DNA of 64,000 nt. It comes from Candidatus Omnitrophota bacterium. Lineage in GTDB: Bacteria; Omnitrophota; Gorgyraeia; Zapsychrales; Fredricksoniimonadaceae. The DNA is taken from assembly GCA_015233675.1 (NCBI GenBank), contig JADFXH010000002.1, forward strand, positions 206,794-270,793, written 5' to 3'. Of this stretch, positions 55,594 through 64,000 are shown one piece after another. Position numbers and translations under genes: made by a program. Every line of letters starts with the position of its first letter. Positions within the stretch are counted from its first letter, which is position 1. The notes under the pieces were generated by a model. The model made no database searches. It was given only the letters and a program-made list of their open reading frames with translations, and had not been told where the DNA came from.

Positions 55594-56943
55594 GTGTCTA
55601 AAGAAATTCTTATTCAAGTCGCCCAGGACGAACGGCGTGTGGCAGTTTTGGTGGATGGCAAGCTGGATGATTTTTATATCGAGCTTGACCGGCATCAATC
55701 CATGCTTGGCAACATCTACAAAGGCAAGGTCGAGTCTATTTTACCATCGATTAACGGAGCTTTTGTCAACATCGGTCAGGAAAAGAACGGTTTTTTATAT
55801 TTGACTGATGCTGATAATCCTTTTCTTAATGATATTGAGAAAATTGAAGAGGAGCCAAGCGCCCCTCAAAAAATTCTTAATATGATTTTTCCAAAGCCAG
55901 CAGCCAAGGCTGAGCAGCCTGCTGGTCCTGTTGTCAGCCGTATTCCCCCGAAGGATAAAAATGAATTGCCCTTAAAGAAGGATCAGGAAATTCTGGTGCA
56001 GGTTGTCAAAGACCCTTTCGGTACGAAGGGCGCCAGATTAACAACCCATGTCAGTCTGGCCGGACGTTTTGTGGTGTATATGCCGGTGGACAAACATAGC
56101 GGTATTTCTAAAAAAATTGATAAGCCTGAAGAGCGCCAGCGCCTGAGGGATATTTTAAAGACATTCACTTTTGTTAAAAGCGGAGGATTCATTATCCGCA
56201 CAGCTTCCATGGAACAGGGTGAAAAAGAAATTTTTCGGGATTCTAAATTTTTGGTTAATAAATGGCAGGAGATCCGTGAATTGTCCAAGAAAAAACAGCC
56301 GCCGGCTCTTATTTATGAAGAAGGATCTTTGATCTGGAAGGTCATCCGGGATTTGCTTAAAGATGATGTTCAGCAGGTAATCATCGATTCCAAGGATGAG
56401 TTTATTAAAATGCGCAAGTTTACGCAGAATTTGATCGGCAGTGAGGTTATAGAAAAAATCCAGTATCATCCGGGGCCCCAGACCTTGTTTGATGCCAAAA
56501 ATGTGGCGAGAGAGCTGGATAAGATTTACGAGCCTAAAGTGTATCTGAAGTCCGGTGCTTATGTGGTGATTGAACCGACGGAAGGAGTGACGGTCGTGGA
56601 TGTCAACAGCGGACGCTTTAAGAGCAAGGGCACGCCGGAGGACGCGGCTTTTGCGGTTAATATGGAGGCTGCTCCCGAGATTGCCCGTCAATTGCGCTTA
56701 AGGGATTTAGGAGGCATCATTGTTATTGATTTTATCGATATGAACCGCGAAGAACACAAGCGTAAGGTGCTCAATGCCCTGCGTGATGGATTGGCCAAGG
56801 ATCATGCCAAGACTGAGGTTAACCGTATTTCACAGTTAGGGCTCGTGGAAATGACCCGGGCGCGTACGGGCAAAACCATTGAATCTTTGGAGTTCCATAG
56901 CTGTCCTTATTGTGAAGGTAGGGGCAAGGTGAAAATTAATTAA
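55594..56943 (+). CDS. rng: Ribonuclease G/E family endoribonuclease
   Basis: S1 domain GNIYKGKVESILPSINGAFVNIG. Catalytic region VVDVNSG, IIVIDFIDM. C-terminal CPYCEGRG. GTG 55594 follows AAAGGAG. Confidence 0.88.
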   Translation: MSKEILIQVAQDERRVAVLVDGKLDDFYIELDRHQSMLGNIYKGKVESILPSINGAFVNIGQEKNGFLYLTDADNPFLNDIEKIEEEPSAPQKILNMIFPKPAAKAEQPAGPVVSRIPPKDKNELPLKKDQEILVQVVKDPFGTKGARLTTHVSLAGRFVVYMPVDKHSGISKKIDKPEERQRLRDILKTFTFVKSGGFIIRTASMEQGEKEIFRDSKFLVNKWQEIRELSKKKQPPALIYEEGSLIWKVIRDLLKDDVQQVIIDSKDEFIKMRKFTQNLIGSEVIEKIQYHPGPQTLFDAKNVARELDKIYEPKVYLKSGAYVVIEPTEGVTVVDVNSGRFKSKGTPEDAAFAVNMEAAPEIARQLRLRDLGGIIVIDFIDMNREEHKRKVLNALRDGLAKDHAKTEVNRISQLGLVEMTRARTGKTIESLEFHSCPYCEGRGKVKIN

Positions 56944-56967
56944 TTTTCAAGGGCATGTAGAAATATT

Positions 56968-56995
56968 TTGACTAAGTATTGATTCCTTGTATAAT
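56968..56995 (+). promoter_or_regulatory. Sigma70-type promoter candidate for rplU
   Basis: TTGACT (56968-56973), a 16-nt spacer, then TATAAT (56990-56995). Confidence 0.5.
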
Positions 56996-57028
56996 ACGGA
57001 CTTTCTATGAATGTTAAGGGAGGTTATT

Positions 57029-57340
57029 ATGTTTGCAGTGGTTCAGGTAGGGAACAGTCAGTTTAAAGTCAGCGAGGGAGATGTAATCAAAGCTAATCGT
57101 CTTGATTATGAAAATGGACAGAGCATTGTTCTGGATAAAGTTTTGCTCTATTGTGATGGTAAAAATATTAAATTAGGACAGCCGTATTTGAAGGATGTTG
57201 AAGTTAAGGCACAGGTCCTTAATCAAATGCGTGCTCCCAAAGTTATCGCGTATAAGTACCGCAAGCGCAAAGATTCAGCGCGTACCCATGGCCATCGCCA
57301 GGATTTGACAACTGTTAAAATTGCAAAAATTACTGTTTAA
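57029..57340 (+). CDS. rplU: 50S ribosomal protein L21
   Basis: MFAVVQVGNSQFKVSEGDVI...GHRQDLTTVKI. RBS AAGGGAGG. Confidence 0.93.
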   Translation: MFAVVQVGNSQFKVSEGDVIKANRLDYENGQSIVLDKVLLYCDGKNIKLGQPYLKDVEVKAQVLNQMRAPKVIAYKYRKRKDSARTHGHRQDLTTVKIAKITV

Positions 57341-57358
57341 TCATTTTTAAGATTTTAG

Positions 57359-57401
57359 AATCCCGGTCTCCCCGGCTTGGTTACGGGGTACCGGGATTTT
57401 T
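57359..57401 (+). terminator. Rho-independent terminator after rplU
   Basis: AATCCCGGT...ACCGGGATT stem (with inner CCCCG/CGGGG pairing) followed by a T-run. Confidence 0.7.
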
Positions 57402-57419
57402 AATTTGTGGAGTTATTTT

Positions 57420-58385
57420 ATGGCATTTGTTGATAAGGCTCGCATTCAGGTGCAGGCCGGAAACGGCGGCAAAGGCTGCGAAAGCCATTATAGCGATAAG
57501 TACACGCGTTACCCCATTCCCAACGGCGGTGACGGCGGACGCGGCGCTAATATTGTTTTTGTGGCGGACCGTAATTTGCACACCCTTTTGGATTACCGTT
57601 TCAAACAGCATTATGTGGCTCAAAGCGGCGGGCATGCAAGCAGTAATAATAAGACAGGCAAAAGGGGCGAAGATTGTATTTTACGTGTTCCCGTGGGAAC
57701 TATCCTGTGGGATTATGATACGAATTTATTGATCCGAGATTTAAATGTGCACGGGGACAGCGTGATTGTAGCTCGCGGCGGTGAGGGCGGACGCGGCAAT
57801 AACCATAACCGTACGGTACTACCTCCGCATGCAGGAGAAGTCCGAACCATACGCCTGGAATTAAAAATTATCGCTGATGTGGGGTTGGTGGGCTTTCCCA
57901 ATGCCGGCAAATCAACGCTTATTTGCGGGGTTTCCAAGGTTAAATCTAAGGTTGCCAGTTATCCTTTTACCACCAAGGCCCCGATTTTAGGCATTGTTAA
58001 AGATGAAGATGATGAGAAAAGGAATTTTGTGATGGCGGATTTGCCGGGTTTGATTGAAGGAGCCCATGAAGGAAAGGGGCTCGGGGACCAGTTTCTTAAA
58101 CATGCTGAGCGTACGAAGATCTTGGTACATCTGATCGATATGTCCGGCAGCGAAGGCCGCGATCCTGTTGATGATTATTATAAAATTTGCGAAGAATTGG
58201 ACTTGTACAGTGAAGATCTTTTGCAGAAGCACCGGATACTCGTGGCCAATAAAATGGATTTGCCGGATGCCAAAAAGAACCTGATGCGCTTCAAGCGCAA
58301 AGTCACTAAAGACATTATTGCCATCTCTGCCAAAGAACAGCAAGGATTAGATAAACTATTGGAAGCTATCAGATTATTGCTATAA
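57420..58385 (+). CDS. obg: GTPase Obg/CgtA
   Basis: MAFVDKARIQVQAGNGGKGC, glycine-rich Obg fold. G1 GFPNAGKST, G3 DLPGLIEGA, G4 NKMD. Confidence 0.93.
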   Translation: MAFVDKARIQVQAGNGGKGCESHYSDKYTRYPIPNGGDGGRGANIVFVADRNLHTLLDYRFKQHYVAQSGGHASSNNKTGKRGEDCILRVPVGTILWDYDTNLLIRDLNVHGDSVIVARGGEGGRGNNHNRTVLPPHAGEVRTIRLELKIIADVGLVGFPNAGKSTLICGVSKVKSKVASYPFTTKAPILGIVKDEDDEKRNFVMADLPGLIEGAHEGKGLGDQFLKHAERTKILVHLIDMSGSEGRDPVDDYYKICEELDLYSEDLLQKHRILVANKMDLPDAKKNLMRFKRKVTKDIIAISAKEQQGLDKLLEAIRLLL

Positions 58386-58444
58386 TAAAAATTTTACAAG
58401 GCCGAAACAGGCCCCGTAGGGAAGACAAAGGGATTTAATTGAAC

Positions 58445-59293
58445 ATGATACGTACATTTCAAAGGCCTATTAAACGGATTGTCGTCAAGCTTGGATCCAG
58501 CCAGATCGCCGATGCCCAAATGAGGCCGAAGACGGAACAGCTTTATTCGCTGGCTGAACAAATCAGTCAATTGCGTAAAACTGGCATTGAGGTTGTGTTG
58601 GTTTCTTCCGGGGCTATTGCTTTGGGTATGGGGGAGTTAGGCGAGACCAAACGCTCGATGGAATTGGCCCAACTGCAGGCGCGCGCGGCCATTGGTCAGG
58701 CGGCTTTGATGCGTCTTTATAGTGAATTGTTTCGAAAAGTAGAGCTTAAATGCGGCCAGGTGCTTTTAACTTGGGATGATTTTGATAACAGGGGACGTTT
58801 TCTAAACGCTCGGCATACCTTGGAAGCTATTTTGGTAAAAGGGGTTGTCCCGGTTATTAATGAAAATGACACAACTTCAACCGAAGAAATTAAATTCGGG
58901 GACAATGATAAATTATCTGCATTAGTGGCGAGTTTCCTGCACGCGGATTTGCTGGTCATCCTTTCGGATGTGGATGGCTTGTACGATAATGATAAGAAAG
59001 TATATGATGAGATCAAAGATATCACTCCGGAAATCGAAGGCATGGCCGGTGGGACTAAAAATATTCATATGGCCCGCGGGGGCATGAAAGCTAAAATTGA
59101 TGCGGTCAAGATTGCCACCCACGCACGCACATCTTGCGTGATTACGGGTGGCCACATTAAAGATGTTCTGGTGCGCGTGGTCAAGGGTGAGCGTATCGGT
59201 ACTTATTTTATAGAAAAGAAAGAGAAAATTTTAGATGGGGATTCAGAACATGAATTTATCCGCTCACATTTTAAAAATAGCAAAGGCGGCTAA
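58445..59293 (+). CDS. proB: Glutamate 5-kinase (short form, no PUA domain)
   Basis: RIVVKLGSSQI, VLVSSGAIALG, INENDT, FGDNDKLSA. Confidence 0.9.
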   Translation: MIRTFQRPIKRIVVKLGSSQIADAQMRPKTEQLYSLAEQISQLRKTGIEVVLVSSGAIALGMGELGETKRSMELAQLQARAAIGQAALMRLYSELFRKVELKCGQVLLTWDDFDNRGRFLNARHTLEAILVKGVVPVINENDTTSTEEIKFGDNDKLSALVASFLHADLLVILSDVDGLYDNDKKVYDEIKDITPEIEGMAGGTKNIHMARGGMKAKIDAVKIATHARTSCVITGGHIKDVLVRVVKGERIGTYFIEKKEKILDGDSEHEFIRSHFKNSKGG

Positions 59294-60509
59294 AAAAGCT
59301 TCCTATCAGATGTCTGTAATCGGCACGGAAGAAAAGAATCGCGCGCTGAGACAAATGGCCAAAGCTTTAGAAGTTCGACAAGCTTATCTGATTAAGGAAA
59401 ACGCCAAAGATCTGTCTGTCGCACTTAAAGCTAAATACGCTTCAGCTCTCACCGACCGCTTGACTCTTAATTCCAAACGCATCAAGGCTATGGCAGACGG
59501 CCTGCGAGAGACGGCCAAACTCAAAGACCCGGTCGGCCAATTACTGGAAACGATACACCGTCCCAATGGCCTTTTGATCAAGAAAATCCGTGTGCCTTTA
59601 GGTGTCGTTGGTATTATTTATGAATCGCGTCCGAATGTTACCGCTGACTGTGCTGCTTTGTGCCTGAAATCCGGTAATGCGGCCATACTCAAAGGCGGCA
59701 GGGAGTCGATTCATTCCAATAAAGCAATTTTTAAAGTACTTAAAGACGCATTGAAAAAAACAAAAATTTCTTTGGATGCTCTGCAGCTGATTGAATCAAC
59801 TGACCGTCAGGCTGTTCATGAGCTTTTGAAACTCGATGAGTATTTAGACGTGATTGTCCCGCGCGGAGGAGAAGGATTGATCCGTTTCGTAACAGAGAAT
59901 TCGCGCGTTCCTGTCATTAAGCATTATAAGGGTGTTTGTCATGTTTATGTGCATCAACAAGCGGATTTGAAAATGGCGCATAAGATTACGATGAACGCCA
60001 AGATCCAAAAGCCCGGGGTGTGTAATGCCATGGAAACCTTGTTAGTTGACAAAGCCGTGGCCAAAGAATTTTTACCATCGATAGTAGCTGATTTACAAAA
60101 AGCCGGATGTGAAATCCGCGCAGATCAAAAGACAAGGGGAATTGTCAAGAGCGGTGTCAAAAAAGCAACGCAAGAGGACTGGCGCACGGAATATTTGGAC
60201 CTGATTCTTTCGATCAGGGTGGTTGACAATTTATCCCAGGCTATTGAACATATCAATACCTACGGATCTCGTCATTCCGACACCATTGTTACCAAAGATA
60301 AGAAACAAGCCCAGGCTTTTTTGGATGCCGTAGATTCAGCGTGTGTCTATGTCAATGCCTCAACCCGCTTTACTGATGGATTTGAGTTTGGCTTTGGGGC
60401 AGAAGTAGGTATAAGCACCGATAAATTACATGTGCGCGGGCCCATGGCTTTGGAAGGCTTGACTAGTTATAAATATGAAATTTATGGCACGGGACAGGTG
60501 CGTGTTTGA
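59250..60509 (+). CDS. proA: Gamma-glutamyl phosphate reductase
   Basis: AKAAKKAS..EEKNRAL, IYESRPNVT, LKGGRES, catalytic VCNAMETLLV. Overlaps the proB end. Confidence 0.9.
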   Translation: MNLSAHILKIAKAAKKASYQMSVIGTEEKNRALRQMAKALEVRQAYLIKENAKDLSVALKAKYASALTDRLTLNSKRIKAMADGLRETAKLKDPVGQLLETIHRPNGLLIKKIRVPLGVVGIIYESRPNVTADCAALCLKSGNAAILKGGRESIHSNKAIFKVLKDALKKTKISLDALQLIESTDRQAVHELLKLDEYLDVIVPRGGEGLIRFVTENSRVPVIKHYKGVCHVYVHQQADLKMAHKITMNAKIQKPGVCNAMETLLVDKAVAKEFLPSIVADLQKAGCEIRADQKTRGIVKSGVKKATQEDWRTEYLDLILSIRVVDNLSQAIEHINTYGSRHSDTIVTKDKKQAQAFLDAVDSACVYVNASTRFTDGFEFGFGAEVGISTDKLHVRGPMALEGLTSYKYEIYGTGQVRV

Positions 60510-60539
60510 CCGGGACCGCAAACTAATTGAGAGGGCCTT

Positions 60540-61115
60540 TTGAGACGTATTGGAATTTTAGGCGGTAGTTTTGATCCTATTCACTTTGGCCATTTGCTGA
60601 TGGCCCAAAGTGCTGTGGAGGCCTTGAAGCTTGAGGAGGTTTTTTTTGTGCCAACTAACTCTTCACCTTTTAAGGTCAAGCGATGCCTGCCTTTGGCTTC
60701 TCAACGCTTAACGATGGTCAAAGAGGCTATCAAAGGCAACAGTGCTTTTAAATTGTATGACGGCGAATTGCGTCGGGGCAAGGTTTCTTATACTGTTGAC
60801 ACATTAAGAGAGCTGAAAGTCAAGTTCCCTAAATCTAAATTTTATTTATTGATGGGGGCTGATAATTTAAGGACCTTTCACCGCTGGAAGGATCCGCAGG
60901 GTATTTTAAGTTTGGCCAGTCTGGTTATATTAAACCGTCCGGGTTTTGATAATAATTATCCTAAGCGTTGGCCTTATTTGAAAATAAATATGCCGGCTGT
61001 TGATATTTCTTCCAGTGATATCCGTCTTCGTTTAAAACATAAGAAATCAATCTGGTATTTGACTCCCAAGGCCGTTATACGTTATATTACTCGTCATCGG
61101 TTATATGTTTATTAA
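60540..61115 (+). CDS. nadD: Nicotinate-nucleotide adenylyltransferase
   Basis: IGILGGSFDPIHFGHL, ISSSDIR. TTG start. Confidence 0.9.
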   Translation: MRRIGILGGSFDPIHFGHLLMAQSAVEALKLEEVFFVPTNSSPFKVKRCLPLASQRLTMVKEAIKGNSAFKLYDGELRRGKVSYTVDTLRELKVKFPKSKFYLLMGADNLRTFHRWKDPQGILSLASLVILNRPGFDNNYPKRWPYLKINMPAVDISSSDIRLRLKHKKSIWYLTPKAVIRYITRHRLYVY

Positions 61116-61139
61116 GAATTTTTTTATAGAAAGGATTAT

Positions 61140-62558
61140 ATGAACGATATCCGTACTCAAATCAAATTCGGCACCGACGGCTGGCGCGCGGTCATTTCCG
61201 ATACCTTTACCTTTCAGAATGTGCGCATTGTGGCACAGGCAGCGGCTGATTGGGTTAATAAAAATAACTCTCAATTTTTACACAAATCAGCGTCTGTCGG
61301 TTACGACAACCGTTTTCTTTCCGCCGAATATGCGCAAGAATTTGCTGAAGTCTTTGCGGCCAATGGCATCAAAACTTATCTTTCGGATACTTCCTTGCCT
61401 ACCCCAACGTTAAGTTTTGGGGTTGTGGGGTTTAAGAATGTTTGCGGGATCATGATTACTGCTTCACACAATCCTGCCAAATTTAACGGGATAAAGATTA
61501 AAACTGCCCAGGGGGGTGCCGCTTCCAAAGACATTACAAATACCGTTGAGGGTTACTTGGGGCAAAGTGAAGTGAAACGTCTGCCTTATTCTGAAGCTGT
61601 GAATCAGGGCTTGATTGTGGTGCATGATTTTAAGAAAGAGTACGTTAAATTCCTACGCGGGTATATAAATTTAAAGAAGATGAAGACGGCTAAATTTAAA
61701 GTATTAACTGATGTCATGCATGGTAGCGGCCGTGATTTGATGCTCCAGATACTCAAAGGCACTAATATTAAGCTTACCCTTATGCGTGAGGACGTTAATC
61801 CTTCCTTTGACGGCAGCAAGCCGGAACCTATTCCGGAATGTTTGGGATTAATGATGTCCCGTATGAAAAAAGAAAAATTTGATTTCGGACATGTCCTTGA
61901 TGGGGATGCCGACCGCATCGCCGCGGTGATGCCCGGCGGTGAATTTGTTTCCCCCCAGAAAATTCTAGGACTTTTGGTTTTACACCTGGTGCGTAACCGT
62001 AAGGTAGAAGGCGGCATTGTCAAAACACTTTGCGGGACAACCATGATGGATAATATTGCTAAAAAACTTGGCCGTAAACTTTACGAGACACCGGTTGGCT
62101 TTAAATACATCTCGGATTTGATGCTTACCCAAAAGATTGTGGCGGGCGGCGAAGAAGCTGGAGGAATGGGCTTGCCTAATTTTATCCCTGAGCGCGACGG
62201 TTCTTTGGCCGGACTTTTGCTGTTGGAGATGATGGTTTATAACAAAAGAAATTTCAGGCAATTAGTCGAAGACATGGAACGTGAATTCGGGCGTTATTAT
62301 TATGAGCGGCTGGATTATAAGATGGATGCCCAAAAGGTCGATTTAAATAAATTAAAAAAAATTACTTGTGTACTAGGCAGGAAGGTCATTGAGGTTAAGG
62401 ATTATGACGGGGTCAAGCTTGTCTGTGACAATGAAGACTGGCTGATGTTTCGTCCCTCGGGCACTGAACCGCTGGTGCGTATTTATTCCGAAGCCAAAAG
62501 CCTCAAGAGGGCCAAGGCAATATTGGAATTCGGCCGCCAGCAGATAGATCCTCAATAA
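61140..62558 (+). CDS. Alpha-D-phosphohexomutase (phosphoglucomutase/phosphomannomutase)
   Basis: FGTDGWRA, phosphoserine loop TASHNPAKFNG, Mg site LDGDADR, GEEAGG, RPSGTEP. Confidence 0.9.
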   Translation: MNDIRTQIKFGTDGWRAVISDTFTFQNVRIVAQAAADWVNKNNSQFLHKSASVGYDNRFLSAEYAQEFAEVFAANGIKTYLSDTSLPTPTLSFGVVGFKNVCGIMITASHNPAKFNGIKIKTAQGGAASKDITNTVEGYLGQSEVKRLPYSEAVNQGLIVVHDFKKEYVKFLRGYINLKKMKTAKFKVLTDVMHGSGRDLMLQILKGTNIKLTLMREDVNPSFDGSKPEPIPECLGLMMSRMKKEKFDFGHVLDGDADRIAAVMPGGEFVSPQKILGLLVLHLVRNRKVEGGIVKTLCGTTMMDNIAKKLGRKLYETPVGFKYISDLMLTQKIVAGGEEAGGMGLPNFIPERDGSLAGLLLLEMMVYNKRNFRQLVEDMEREFGRYYYERLDYKMDAQKVDLNKLKKITCVLGRKVIEVKDYDGVKLVCDNEDWLMFRPSGTEPLVRIYSEAKSLKRAKAILEFGRQQIDPQ

Positions 62559-62562
62559 ATGT

Positions 62563-63159
62563 ATGATTTATTACATCGTTTATTTTGGGACCAAAGTCTT
62601 GAGTTGGCTTTGTTTCCCTTTCACAGCTTATCAGACCCGCAACATCCCGCGCCAAGGTGCTTTTATTTTAGCCAGCAATCACATCAGTAATCTGGATCCG
62701 GTGCTCTTAGGTATTTGTTCCGTGCGCCGGATTAATTTTATAGCCAAGATAGAATTATTTAAGGGCGCTTTGGGATATATATTGACCCGCTTGGGGGCTT
62801 TCCCTGTTAAAAGGGGGGCGGCGGATTTGGGAGCCATGAAAGAATCCCTTAAGCGTTTGAAGAATGGCAGGGTAATTTTGATTTTTGTAGAAGGAACGCG
62901 GCGCATCGGTAATCAGTCTTCTAAGGCACAACCCGGGGCAGGATTTTTGGCCATGAAATCCGGTGTGCCGGTGGTCCCCGTTTATGTGCAAGGGACTAAT
63001 CAAGTTATGGCGCCCGGCACTAAATTTTTTAAAAGAGGCCCGGTTTTTGCCACCTTTGGAGAACCTTTTTACGTTACTGACGCGTCCAGCTATGAACAAG
63101 CCTCCCAGCGCATTTTAGATAAAATTTACGCCTTGGCCCCATCGCCAAAAAATTTTTAA
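62563..63159 (+). CDS. plsC: 1-acyl-sn-glycerol-3-phosphate acyltransferase
   Basis: NHISNLDP (HX4D block) and FVEGTR block. Confidence 0.88.
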   Translation: MIYYIVYFGTKVLSWLCFPFTAYQTRNIPRQGAFILASNHISNLDPVLLGICSVRRINFIAKIELFKGALGYILTRLGAFPVKRGAADLGAMKESLKRLKNGRVILIFVEGTRRIGNQSSKAQPGAGFLAMKSGVPVVPVYVQGTNQVMAPGTKFFKRGPVFATFGEPFYVTDASSYEQASQRILDKIYALAPSPKNF

Positions 63160-63202
63160 AAAAATATCTTTTATATATTCTATTTACCCTATAATTATTC
63201 TT

Positions 63203-63772
63203 ATGTTAAAAAGACAATCAGCTTTTACTTTAATAGAAATCCTAATGGTTTTAATTATTTTAGGAATTTTAACGGCCATTGCGGTCCCTAATCTTTATTC
63301 GTGGATTGATAAATCCCATGCGGCAGAAGCGGCGGTAACTTTGAAAAGTATGGCCGATGCTTATTCAGCTTGTATGGCAAAAGACCCTATAGATGGGAAT
63401 CTGCTTGATAATTGCGTGACAACAATATCACAAAGTCAGGGCTCACCTGCAGCTCAAGAAGGCGTGGGTTCTCCTAATTTTATATATCTACAACCAACGG
63501 CTAACGATACGTTTATGACGGGGGGGGTTTCTTATGCCCATTCGCCGAATGGACCGTTTCATTTGGTATTATTGGCCTATAGAAAAGATCCAAATTTTGA
63601 TAATGAACACCCTACTCGGGTGGATTTTGATCATTGTACAGCCCTTAGCGCTCAAGGCATTGAAAGCGTGGAGGGTTTTCCGGATGGCATATATTTATGT
63701 ATTGAGGGCATAGGTACTGCTAACGAAACGCGCACTACCGGCTCTTGGGGTGAATTTGCGGGGATTTTTTAA
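63203..63772 (+). CDS. Type IV pilin-like protein
   Basis: MLKRQSA-FTLIEILMVLIILGILTAIAVPN prepilin motif. 189 aa. Confidence 0.85.
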   Translation: MLKRQSAFTLIEILMVLIILGILTAIAVPNLYSWIDKSHAAEAAVTLKSMADAYSACMAKDPIDGNLLDNCVTTISQSQGSPAAQEGVGSPNFIYLQPTANDTFMTGGVSYAHSPNGPFHLVLLAYRKDPNFDNEHPTRVDFDHCTALSAQGIESVEGFPDGIYLCIEGIGTANETRTTGSWGEFAGIF

Positions 63773-63776
63773 GTAC

Positions 63777-63809
63777 GGATAATCAGGATAATCTTATCCA
63801 GGGTTTTTT
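63777..63809 (+). terminator. Possible intrinsic terminator after the pilin gene
   Basis: GGATAA...TTATCC stem with an 11-nt loop, followed 4 nt later by TTTTTT. Confidence 0.35.
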
Positions 63810-63881
63810 CATTTTTCTGCAATAAAGCGCTCGCAATATCTGACCAGATTCGCCTCTAAAGTCTACACAATAAAATTTCAT

Positions 63882-63910
63882 TTGACATTTGGGGGGTTTT
63901 TGGCATAATT
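63882..63910 (+). promoter_or_regulatory. Sigma70-type promoter candidate for the gene starting near 63971
   Basis: TTGACA, a 17-nt spacer, then ATAATT. An ATG at 63971 (MSEDRTVMEE...) follows AGAGAGAAGG and runs off the window. Confidence 0.35.
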
Positions 63911-64000
63911 ACCAGACTTTGTGAGAAATACGCGCAAAGAATTCCTATAAAGAGAGAAGGTTTTAAATCCATGAGTGAAGATAGAACAGTAATGGAAGAG

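Noticed and set aside
56155-56691. 178-aa minus-strand ORF
   Set aside because: It is antisense to the RNase G/E gene, which has strong catalytic-domain motifs.
1-64000. Search for tRNA, rRNA, tmRNA and cas, integrase or transposase genes
   Set aside because: By eye, no intergenic region shows a T-arm GGTTCGAnnCC-type signature or cloverleaf-sized structure. No ORF resembles a transposase, integrase, reverse transcriptase or Cas protein. Small RNAs cannot be excluded without Infernal or tRNAscan-SE.

Overview
The window is a gene-dense segment (about 65 plausible CDS) of a diderm bacterial chromosome. PilQ secretin, Mla lipid transport and lipoproteins support the diderm call. I found no rRNA, tRNA or CRISPR array. 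The repeat content and giant-protein architecture are reminiscent of uncultivated lineages such as Omnitrophota, but that is inference only.

Housekeeping genes recognised from motifs: trxA, panD, def, lipA, mlaE/F/D, yggT, ybaB, greA, rlmB, rng, rplU, obg, proB, proA, nadD, a phosphohexomutase, plsC, a dCMP deaminase, an aminotransferase, a hybrid histidine kinase plus Hpt, and a YkfC/YkfB-like peptidoglycan-peptide recycling pair. There are also several GT-C-like membrane glycosyltransferases and a small sugar-modification cluster.

Accessory or unusual content:
1. A compact nine-gene Trb/VirB-type type IV secretion locus (39645-48531). It has no coupling protein, relaxase or integrase in the window. 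It is preceded by a consensus promoter and three 50-bp tandem repeats, and it lies between type IV pilin and PilMNOPQ genes.
2. A 1433-aa exported mosaic protein with a J-domain (HPD) and a degenerate receiver domain.
3. Two copies of a ~175-nt near-perfect hairpin element whose outer stems differ between copies but stay complementary.
4. A three-gene island of small Cys-rich or membrane proteins, each followed by an iteron-like composite repeat.
5. A family of GTCATT...AATGAC palindromic elements, one of them inserted in-frame inside a membrane-protein gene.

All calls come from reading the sequence and the ORF track. No searches were run. Start codons are best guesses and family assignments rest on remembered motifs.
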